64,000 nucleotides of DNA. It comes from Limisphaerales bacterium (lineage in GTDB: Bacteria > Verrucomicrobiota > Verrucomicrobiia > Limisphaerales > JADJPG01). The number at the start of each line of letters is the position of its first letter. Positions within the stretch are counted from its first letter, which is position 1. Both the position numbers and the translations under genes were made by a program. The stretch lies in contig JBGATF010000025.1 of the NCBI GenBank assembly GCA_044229355.1, positions 33,930-97,929 of the forward strand, given 5' to 3'. Positions 28,901 to 36,000 of this stretch are shown here, in pieces. Under the pieces are notes generated by a model, which did not search any database, had not been told where the DNA came from, and saw nothing but the letters and a program-made list of their open reading frames with translations.

Positions 28901-31900
28901 GTTGTCCGGGTTCACCACCCAAAGGCGATCGTTCGCGCCGGTGCGATCTTCATAAACCACGCTTGAGGACTGCGTCGGCCGCGACGCGGTCAAGGGGGCG
29001 TGCACCGCCTGCCGATAGCTGGCGGTGACCGTGCGCCCCGTCTGATCGCGAACGGTCACGGTGATCAAATACCGTCCGGGAGTCGCATACGCATGCGTGA
29101 TGCCGGGAAGGTCGGCGAAGGCGGTGTCAGGTGTGCCATCGCCGAAGCTCCAGGCAAACTGTGGATTCAGCCCGCCGACGGCCCGCGCGGTCAGTGTGAC
29201 GGGAGTGCCTACCGGCACGGCGGCGCCGGAGAGCGCCTGAACCGTGAGCACGTCATCGACCACCCAGGAAAATGTCGCGCTGACGGCTGGAGTGTTGCCA
29301 TCCGTAACGACAATCGTCGGAGAGAACGTGCCGGCTTGATTCGGGACACCTGAGATCAGTCCCGACGAAGGGTTGAGCGAAAGTCCCGGAGGCAGTCCGG
29401 TGGCGCTCCAAGTGAGGAGATCGCCATTGGGATCGGTGGCCGATAGCTGTCGTTGGGCCGCGACCCCGATCACGTTGGTTTGAGGTCCGGGCGAGGCGAA
29501 ACTCGGCGGAGCGGGCAAAGCGAGAGCGTTCACGCTGAGGGTCCAGCTTTCAATATCGTGATTGTTGAATTGGCCGCCGGTCGCTCCAGTAAAACCGAAC
29601 CACGCCTGGCCGCCGACGAGCGCTGGCAGATCCACGGAGAGGGTGATGACCGGAACGGCGGGACGCTGCACGACATTGCTTGCGGCGAGAAAGACCCGGA
29701 GCTGATTGGCCGGGCCGTCGTATTCGACCCACGCGGTTTGGCTGGCGGCGTTCTCCAGGTCCCACGCCGGGGTGTAGGTGGCGAGATGCGTTGCCACGTC
29801 GCCGTTGCTCAGGACGGCGACGTGGTTCGCATTGGCGTCGCCGGTGCCCGCGTAGTTATCGATCTCCACAGCCAGGCTCTGGCTGAGGCCCCCGTAGCCC
29901 AGGCCGCTGCCGCCGACTCCCAACGCATTGGGACCGTTCGCCTGCACACAAAAGGTCAGGCCGTCGGCACCGTCGGCTGTCCCGTGGATCCGGTAAACGA
30001 ACCGCGTGCTGAACGATGTGTTCGGGCCGATCGGCACCGCGTTGGTGATATAGGCCGAACCGGCCTGGTTGGCGGCGTTTGAAGCCAGACGCAAGGCGCC
30101 GGCGATGACCGCAGCCCGCCCGTTGAGACTCAGTCCACTGGTGTTGGCAAAATTCGCGAACGTGCGGGCCAGCGTGGCGGGTTGCACCGACCAGCTCACA
30201 TCCGCGATGTCCGAAGTTCGACCGTCGGTGACCGTGATGCGCGCGTTGAATGTCCCCAGCGCGGTGGGGATTCCGGAGATCCGCCCATCGCTGCCGCCGA
30301 TGGCGAGACCTGGCGGCAGGCCCGTCGCGGACCAGCTCAGGACACTGCCGGCAGGGCCGCTGGCAAACAGAGCCAGAGAGACCGCCTGGCCGAGGTACGA
30401 AGACTGGTTGCCGGGCGGGACGACGTCGACGGCGTTGATGGCGTCCACCAGAATCGTGCGGGAGACCGAGTGCACGCCGGCGGCGTCGAGCGCGAACAGC
30501 ATCCAGTATCCCGGGGTCATCACATTGAGGCTGGCGTGGGCGGTCAATTCGTAGGTGCCGGGAGTGACCTCGGTGAACGGCAGCGAAAGGAACCGCACGT
30601 CGGTGTTCACCGAGTGGGTGATGGCCGACATCTTGATGAAGCTGAACTTTTGCATTCCCGGCGTGGCGGTCACGGTGAACCTCGTGCCCACCCCGATGGC
30701 GGCGGGCGCGCCGGCGATCGACGGGCGGGTCGCCGGCGTCCCGTCGGCGTTGAACAGATTCGGCGGGGTGAACAACTGGACGTCCTGATGGTCAGCTCCG
30801 CCAAGACCGCCCCCGCCGGAAAGAATCCTCCCGTCCGGCAGCAGCAACGCGAGCGAGTGATAGTTGCGCGGCACGGACGCGTCCGCCACCGGCCGCCACA
30901 GTCCGCTGGCCGGGTTCCAAACCTCCGGCGTCAGAATCGATCCCGTGTCGTTGAACTTCAGACCAGACGTGTTGCCGCCCATGACCATGACCTCGCCATT
31001 GGGCAGGATCGCGGCGTTGGCAAACTGACGCGAGAAGGCCATCGGAGTTCGCGAAGTGACGACGGGCGAGCTGCCGCGCACGTCCACGGTGTAGACCAGG
31101 TTCGTGCTCGTGCCGGTGGTGGTGTCATTCACGTTCGCCGTCGTGTTGGCGCCGCCGCCCGCAACCAGAATCCGCCCTTCGTCGTACATCACCCACGATC
31201 CTTCCTTCGGATAGTGCGTGCCCGGAACCGTCGTGCCCGCCGCACTGAGCGTGCCACTGCCTTCCGGCGAAACCCAATGCATCGTGTCCGTCGGCCCGAA
31301 ATGAATAAGCCGCCCATCCGGGGCGAGCGAGAGGAACGGATGCCAGATGTTGATGTAGCCCGGCTCGGCCGTGACGGTGTTCCAATCAATCCCCGTCAGG
31401 CGGCTCCAGCCGACCGCAGAATCCCAACGCTCCGCCGTGCCGGATCCGCCGCTGCCGCTGACCGTCCAAACCCGTCCGCTCGGAAGAGCCACGCTGGTGT
31501 TGTACCAGCGCGGATCGTTCATGTCCGGAGTGCGCGTCCACGTGTTGACCCGCCAGTCAAAAAGACTCGCACGCACCGTCGTGTTGCGCCCCCCGTTGAC
31601 CAGCACCCGCCCGTCCGGCAACATCACCAGCGCGCCGCAAAACATGTCGTGCGACGGATGATTGAACTCCCGGAACTCGCCCGTGGCCGGATTCCAGGTC
31701 GCGGCAAAGGTGAACTCCGGCCCCGCCGGAAACGTCGTTCGCTGGTTGGAGGCAAAGGTCAGAATTCGGCCATCCGGCAAATTGGCGGCGGAGACCGGAA
31801 TGTGGGGCGTCCACGGAATGATCGAACTCCACTCGCCGCGCGTGCTGCGCAGGTTCGGCGGCGTGCCGGCGGGCGCGAAGAAGACCTCCTCCTGCGGCAA

Positions 31901-32116
31901 TAGCGCCGCCACCTCGGCCGCAAATGTGTCCCCGGCCACATGCGGATCCACGTCCGCGCGCACGGACGGCTGCGCCGTCACGCCCCACAGCGCGCCGCCT
32001 AACAGCGCCGCCGCCACCGCCCGCGCCCAGCCGGCGGCGTTGCGCAGGCCAGGCCTGAGGTTCAGCGACGCGTCCCTGCCTCCGGAGTGCAGGCGTCCTC
32101 GCCTGCAGAAACTCAA
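25919..32116 (-). CDS. Giant secreted mosaic protein: galactose-oxidase-type copper radical oxidase + lectin/Ig/PKD/YVTN-propeller modules + di-heme cytochrome c peroxidase-like domain + MBG + malectin-like domain
   Basis: ORF 25919..32449. The likely start is the in-frame TTG at 32116, because 32117-32315 is occupied by intergenic repeats; the exact start is uncertain. Signal peptide AVAAALLGGALWGVTAQPSVRA. Approximate domain map in nt: GAO+DUF1929-like 30455-31867 (HDMFCGAL, NYHSLALLLPDGRILSGGGG, ITHSVNTD, PGYWMLF); legume-lectin-like 29534-30166; PKD 29000-29248; YVTN propeller 27935-28957; CCP-like 27110-27877 (CASCH 27773-27787, CAQCH 27377-27391); MBG 26630-27097; malectin-like 26165-26623. 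Confidence 0.85.
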   Translation of the reverse strand: MSFCRRGRLHSGGRDASLNLRPGLRNAAGWARAVAAALLGGALWGVTAQPSVRADVDPHVAGDTFAAEVAALLPQEEVFFAPAGTPPNLRSTRGEWSSIIPWTPHIPVSAANLPDGRILTFASNQRTTFPAGPEFTFAATWNPATGEFREFNHPSHDMFCGALVMLPDGRVLVNGGRNTTVRASLFDWRVNTWTRTPDMNDPRWYNTSVALPSGRVWTVSGSGGSGTAERWDSAVGWSRLTGIDWNTVTAEPGYINIWHPFLSLAPDGRLIHFGPTDTMHWVSPEGSGTLSAAGTTVPGTHYPKEGSWVMYDEGRILVAGGGANTTANVNDTTTGTSTNLVYTVDVRGSSPVVTSRTPMAFSRQFANAAILPNGEVMVMGGNTSGLKFNDTGSILTPEVWNPASGLWRPVADASVPRNYHSLALLLPDGRILSGGGGLGGADHQDVQLFTPPNLFNADGTPATRPSIAGAPAAIGVGTRFTVTATPGMQKFSFIKMSAITHSVNTDVRFLSLPFTEVTPGTYELTAHASLNVMTPGYWMLFALDAAGVHSVSRTILVDAINAVDVVPPGNQSSYLGQAVSLALFASGPAGSVLSWSATGLPPGLAIGGSDGRISGIPTALGTFNARITVTDGRTSDIADVSWSVQPATLARTFANFANTSGLSLNGRAAVIAGALRLASNAANQAGSAYITNAVPIGPNTSFSTRFVYRIHGTADGADGLTFCVQANGPNALGVGGSGLGYGGLSQSLAVEIDNYAGTGDANANHVAVLSNGDVATHLATYTPAWDLENAASQTAWVEYDGPANQLRVFLAASNVVQRPAVPVITLSVDLPALVGGQAWFGFTGATGGQFNNHDIESWTLSVNALALPAPPSFASPGPQTNVIGVAAQRQLSATDPNGDLLTWSATGLPPGLSLNPSSGLISGVPNQAGTFSPTIVVTDGNTPAVSATFSWVVDDVLTVQALSGAAVPVGTPVTLTARAVGGLNPQFAWSFGDGTPDTAFADLPGITHAYATPGRYLITVTVRDQTGRTVTASYRQAVHAPLTASRPTQSSSVVYEDRTGANDRLWVVNPDNDSVTVFDAVTRARLAEVKVGRAPRTLTMGVDGRVWVANTESSTLTVLRGDLSVAQTVALPRGSRPHGVVFDPAGTSLYVALEHGGQVLKLNPVGGAVIGATTVGPHVRHVSVTADGTRVLATRFVTPRLPGEDTAIVDTTVAGVKHGGEVLMIDATAMTLLATGILEHSEVADTSNSAQGIPNYLGAAAISPDGLSAWVPSKQDNIKRGRLRNGGELTHDMAMRSIASRLILATQTEDLGRRVDFDNAGMASASAFDPQGNFLFTALEGSREVAVADAWAGQEILRFDAGRAPQGLVLAPDGRTLFVHNFMDRTVTIHDVSALAAGAGTPPPPPVTLNCVATEQLSPDVLLGKQLFYDTRDTRVAFQQYISCASCHNDGGQDGRVWDFTQFGEGLRNTITLRGHGGTAHGPLHWTGNFDEVQDFEGQIRDFARGTGLMNDADFHAGTRATALGDRKAGLSRDLDALAAYVSSLTAHGFSPERNPDGTLTAAALAGRSLFQQLNCAQCHAGTRFTDSALGVFRDVGTIKPSSGGRLGGPLTGLDTPTLLGVYATGPYLHDGSAATVEDAIVAHRGVALTSVDLANLGAYLRQLDDSDAVRTPPVLGWSRPAAVTYGTPLSGLQLNATASAPGSFVYTPGAGAVLNAGTGRVLTVVFTPTDLATFLAVTGSVTIDVLRAPLTVRAQNKAKLYGAALPALTATYVGLVNGDTAAVLDAPVKLATTATASSPVGTYPITASGAADANYVITHVAGSLAVTSSTPVVKINFQPSGSTVPAGYLADVGAVFGNRGNGFAYGWNSTNTASTRDRNSTRSPDQRYDTLTHMQRTGGAQTWEIGLPNGTYRVWGVSGDATAFDSVYRINVEGLLTIAGTPTTSTRWMTGTNTVTVTDGRLTVSNGTGASNNKICFLEITPVQLTQFTGASVPALRLAQIRRDASGRFSLQVGNDASYVVEASSDLKTWTAVDVVASRNGELTFSDPEATGQPQRFYRVWSTP

Positions 32117-32167
32117 GGACGACTGAAGGGCTTGGATGCATCCCAACCGGTGGAAAAATCCATCTTC

Positions 32168-32194
32168 CTGCGCCCGAGGACGGGCGCACCCCGG
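32168..32194 (+). repeat. 27-nt hairpin repeat (copy 1) ctgcgcccgaggacgggcgcaccccgg
   Basis: Perfect reverse-complement match to 34296..34322. Internal stem gcgcccg/cgggcgc. Confidence 0.9.
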
Positions 32195-32198
32195 GACC

Positions 32199-32298
32199 GG
32201 TAGGGCTGGCGCTCCCGCCTTCGCCCGGGGCTGCGGCGGACCGAAGCCGCCGCCAGCCGGCTGTCCAGATTGCGGCGCGTTGCGCAGAGGGCGCGGTG
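32199..32298. repeat. ~100-bp GC-rich MITE/REP-like element (copy E3, diverged)
   Basis: ggtagggctggcgctcccgccttcgcccggggctgcggcggaccgaagccgccgcc... aligns with 13792..13850 and with the reverse complement of 34437..34494. Confidence 0.7.
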
Positions 32299-32315
32299 TC
32301 ATCCGATCGAAAATG

Positions 32316-34211
32316 TCAGGGTGAGGTTGAATCATGGGGTGATGAAGGATTGAGATTGGTGCGGACCAGAAAAGCGTCCCGGGATGAGGCCGGGGCGGCC
32401 GCCTTCGTGGCGACGAACTTGTCGTCGGTGAGTGTCTTGAGAAAAGCAACCAACGCCGCCTTGTCGTCGGCGCTCAACCCGAGTCCGGCCACGGGATGCT
32501 TCGCCAGGTTCGGATCAAGCGTCGACGTCCGATGCAACGGACCATTGTAATGCTCGACCACATCTTCGAGCGTGGCGAACCGTCCATCGTGCATGTAGGG
32601 CCCCGTCAGCGCCACATTTCGCAGGGACGGCACCTTGAACTTGCCGCGATCGGATTCCAGACCGGTGACGGCCATTCGCCCGACGTCGCCGTCGTGTTCG
32701 GGCAGGCCGTTGTTGAGAAACTGCTGGTTGCTGAACAAATTGCCGCCGTGGCAGTGAAAGCAGTCTGCCCCGCGCAGGCCTCGCGCCGGATCATGCTCCG
32801 TGACGAACAGCTGCAAGCCGCGTTGTTCCTGCGGGCTCAGCGTCGTCAATTTTCGCGCCGCGCGATCGAATTTCGATTCCTGCGAAATCAAGGTGAGGAG
32901 GAATTGCTCCAGTGCGCGGGCGATTCGCTCCGAAGTCACGCCGGGGCTGCCAAACACGGCGTGGAATCGATCGGCATAAGAACGGTCGGCCTGGAGCTTG
33001 GCCACCGCGCGATCCAGGGATTCGTTCATCTCCTTCGCATCCTGGATGGGCAGCAACACCTGCTCCCGCAGCGATCGGGCACGGCCGTCCCAGAAAAATT
33101 CCCGGGCCCAGGCCAGGTTGGCCAGGGCCATCGCATTCCGCCGCCCGGGTTGTCCGCTCTCCCCCACACTTTGACGCCGGCCGTCCGAGAATGCGCGCGC
33201 ACGGTCGTGACACGACGTACACGCCTGCCGACCGTTGCGGGATAGTTTCGGCTCTTCGAAAAGCCGCCGGCCAAGCTCCACGCCTTCGACGGTCAGCGGG
33301 TTGTCCGCCGGCAGGGTCACTTGGGGCAGTCGCTCCGAGATCGCCAAAGGATAGGGCGCGCCGTTGCGAGAGGCCGACGGGCCTTTCCCTTTCCCATCGA
33401 GGGCCGCCAGAGGGACCTTTTGATAGGTGTCGGCCTGCACGTTGCGGACCCGAAAGGCGCGACTCACCCGCACCTTCATCGTCACCGCGAGTGGATCTCC
33501 GGCCCGGGAATGCGTTGCGTTGGCGGTGCCCACCACCGCGCCATCGTCGAGAATTGCAGCGAGATCCATCCCGAGGCGCACATGAGCCGGCCGCCGACCG
33601 GAAAACTGGACCGGCAACTCAACCGTCATGGCGGGCGTCGGCCCCGCAAGGTGATAGGAAAAGCCCGCCAGCAGGTTTGAACCGTAATGACCTTCCATGG
33701 CCAGGAAGACATATCCGGATCGCCACCCCCAATGCAGACCGCACACATCCGGATGCAGCGGATGCTCCGCCGGCCAGGCCTGCGGATCCAGCGCGTCCGT
33801 CGCGGCATCCAGCCCGACTCGAAATCGAATGGCGCGAATGTCCTCCGCCGGGACGCCATCTGCCATCGCAGACCATCGGCCGAGGTCCGCCCGGAAAAGT
33901 GCGAACCAGTCCTTCGCTTCGATCCACTGACCGTTCGTCCGTTGCAGAGCCAGCCCCGAAAGCAACCCGTCGATTCGGCTGAGTGACATCGGCGCCCCCT
34001 TCGCCCCAATCACTTGTTGATTTAGCTCCAGGCGTCGGCCGTTCCATTCAGGCTCAATCTCAATCTGCAGCTTCTCCGCCACCGCCAACCGGGGAAGCCA
34101 CACCAGGCAAAGAAATAGAAATGGCCAGGACGGCAGGAAATCCCGCGCGTCTGGCCATCCTGGCGAGGTTATACAATCCTTGTCGGTCACGGAGCAGCAA
34201 GCGTGTATCAC
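32316..34211 (-). CDS. Fusion protein: N-terminal MbnP-like domain + C-terminal di-heme cytochrome c peroxidase/MauG-family (MbnH-like) domain
   Basis: GTG start at 34211 (exact start uncertain). Hydrophobic leader WPFLFLCLVWLPRLAVA. N-domain motif HPLHPDVCGLHWGWRSGYVFLAMEGHY (about 33417-34079). CCP domain with CTSCH (33207-33221) and CFHCH (32748-32762), plus KVPSLRNVALTGPYMHDGRFATLEDVV. Confidence 0.8.
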   Translation of the reverse strand: MIHACCSVTDKDCITSPGWPDARDFLPSWPFLFLCLVWLPRLAVAEKLQIEIEPEWNGRRLELNQQVIGAKGAPMSLSRIDGLLSGLALQRTNGQWIEAKDWFALFRADLGRWSAMADGVPAEDIRAIRFRVGLDAATDALDPQAWPAEHPLHPDVCGLHWGWRSGYVFLAMEGHYGSNLLAGFSYHLAGPTPAMTVELPVQFSGRRPAHVRLGMDLAAILDDGAVVGTANATHSRAGDPLAVTMKVRVSRAFRVRNVQADTYQKVPLAALDGKGKGPSASRNGAPYPLAISERLPQVTLPADNPLTVEGVELGRRLFEEPKLSRNGRQACTSCHDRARAFSDGRRQSVGESGQPGRRNAMALANLAWAREFFWDGRARSLREQVLLPIQDAKEMNESLDRAVAKLQADRSYADRFHAVFGSPGVTSERIARALEQFLLTLISQESKFDRAARKLTTLSPQEQRGLQLFVTEHDPARGLRGADCFHCHGGNLFSNQQFLNNGLPEHDGDVGRMAVTGLESDRGKFKVPSLRNVALTGPYMHDGRFATLEDVVEHYNGPLHRTSTLDPNLAKHPVAGLGLSADDKAALVAFLKTLTDDKFVATKAAAPASSRDAFLVRTNLNPSSPHDSTSP

Positions 34212-34295
34212 AACTCCGTGACCCAGAGCAAATCTTCGTTGCGCGATTGTTTACCCTCGCCGCGATCTCCCGCCGATCTCCAACGCGAATCGCCT

Positions 34296-34322
34296 CCGGG
34301 GTGCGCCCGTCCTCGGGCGCAG
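34296..34322 (-). repeat. 27-nt hairpin repeat (copy 2, inverted)
   Basis: ccggggtgcgcccgtcctcgggcgcag is the exact reverse complement of 32168..32194. Confidence 0.9.
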
Positions 34323-34379
34323 AAAGGTGAGAATTTTCCAAAGCTCAGAATCCTCCAGCCTCTCAGTCGTTCTTGAAAA

Positions 34380-34494
34380 GGTAGGGCGCGCTCTCCGCAG
34401 CGCGCCGCCGGTGCGGACCGCCGTGCGAACAACCGGCTGGCGGCGGCTTCGGTCCGCCGTAGCCCCGAGCGAAGGCGGGAGCGCCAGCCCCACC
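34380..34494. repeat. ~115-bp GC-rich MITE/REP-like element (copy E2)
   Basis: Termini ggtagggcgcgctctccgc and (reverse complement) ggtggggctggcgctcccgc form imperfect terminal inverted repeats. Hairpin ggcgcgct-ctccgc-agcgcgcc. Full-length match to 13792..13906 in the opposite orientation. Confidence 0.8.
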
Positions 34495-34617
34495 GGGTTG
34501 CCCGACAGGCGTCGTGACGAGCCACGTTCAGCGCTGTCGGATCCAGACGTCCCACGTTGGGATCCTGGGTTCTGGATTCTGGAGCTTGGATCGGGGTCTG
34601 AGCGTCGACATCCTGTT

Positions 34618-35934
34618 ATGCCTTCCTTTGCTTATATCGCGTTGGACCGTCGGGGCGTGGAGACCCGTGGGGCGCTCACGGTCGGAACCCAGTTGGAAGC
34701 GCTGCAGGCCATCCGCGAGATGGGCTTCTTCCCAACCAAGGTCGTCGAGCACGGGTCACCCACACCCACAACCGCCAATTCCCGGACGAGCCGCCGGACG
34801 GACGCCGACGCCGAACGACCCGGCACCACCCGGCCCCGCCGGCCTTTCCGTCGTTCGTCGCCCGGATCGGGTCGGCTGAAGCCCCGCGTTCTCGCCGCCT
34901 TCACCCGCCAGACGGCCACCATGCTCGAAGCCGGCATGCCGTTGCTGCGCGGGTTGCGCCTGCTGCGGGAACAGGAGTCAAATCGTGTCTTGAGCCGCAC
35001 GATCGACGACCTCACCGAGGCCATCGAAGGTGGCGCTTCCTTGAGCGAGGCCATGGCGCGGCACCCGCGCGTCTTCAGCCGCCTCTACCTGCAAATGATT
35101 CGCGCCGGCGAGATCAGCGGCGCCCTCGATGTAGTCCTGCGCCGCCTGGCCGACCTCATGGAAAAGGCGGAACGAATCAAAGGAAAAGTCACCACGGCCC
35201 TGGTTTATCCCGTCGCGGTCATGCTCGTGGCCATCGCCGTCCTCGGTGTTCTCGTGGTCTTCGTCGTGCCACGCTTTCAGGAGATCTTCGACGGGCTGAT
35301 GAATGGACGCCCGATGCCCACCTTCACCCGGTTCGTGATCGCAATCAGCCTCCTTGCCCGCGACCACGCCCTCATCGGGGCGGTGGCGGGGGCCGCAGTC
35401 GTTGCCGGCCTTGTCGGACTCGGCCGCACCCGGGCCGGGCGGACCTGCTTCGATCGCGCCAAGCTCGGGCTTCCGCTGTTCGGGGATCTCTTTCGAAAAA
35501 CCGCCGTGGCCCGGTTCACCCGCACGCTCGGCACACTTGCGTCCAACGGCGTACCCATCCTCCAGGCCCTCCAAATCGTGCGCGAAACCGCCGGCAATGT
35601 CGTCATCAGCCACGCCGTCCAGAGCGTGCACGACGCCGTGGCCGATGGCGAACCCGTGGCCGTGCCCCTGCGGAGCAGCGCCGTCTTCCCATCGCTCGTC
35701 GTCGGCATGGTGGACGTCGGCGAACAAACCGGCGCGCTGCCCGAGATGCTCAATCGAATCGCCGATAACTACGAGGAGGAGATCGACCGCTCGGTCGCAG
35801 CGCTCACCTCCCTGCTCGAACCCCTGCTCATCGTCTTCCTCGCCATCGTCGTCGGCAGCATCGTCATCGCCCTGTTCCTCCCGCTCATCGACATCGCCGT
35901 CAACGCCGACTCGATGGACCGCAAGGGAGAATGA
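34618..35934 (+). CDS. Type II secretion/type IV pilus platform protein (GspF/PilC family)
   Basis: ATG at 34618 within ORF 34327..35934; the upstream part is translated repeat DNA. Two T2SSF repeats (MLEAGMPLLRGL..., LASNGVPILQAL...) and three TM helices. Confidence 0.85.
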   Translation: MPSFAYIALDRRGVETRGALTVGTQLEALQAIREMGFFPTKVVEHGSPTPTTANSRTSRRTDADAERPGTTRPRRPFRRSSPGSGRLKPRVLAAFTRQTATMLEAGMPLLRGLRLLREQESNRVLSRTIDDLTEAIEGGASLSEAMARHPRVFSRLYLQMIRAGEISGALDVVLRRLADLMEKAERIKGKVTTALVYPVAVMLVAIAVLGVLVVFVVPRFQEIFDGLMNGRPMPTFTRFVIAISLLARDHALIGAVAGAAVVAGLVGLGRTRAGRTCFDRAKLGLPLFGDLFRKTAVARFTRTLGTLASNGVPILQALQIVRETAGNVVISHAVQSVHDAVADGEPVAVPLRSSAVFPSLVVGMVDVGEQTGALPEMLNRIADNYEEEIDRSVAALTSLLEPLLIVFLAIVVGSIVIALFLPLIDIAVNADSMDRKGE

Positions 35935-36000
35935 CCCGGAGCCCGACCCGCCCGAATAATTTTCCCCTGACAAGTTCCAGCCCATCCACAAGATGGGGCG

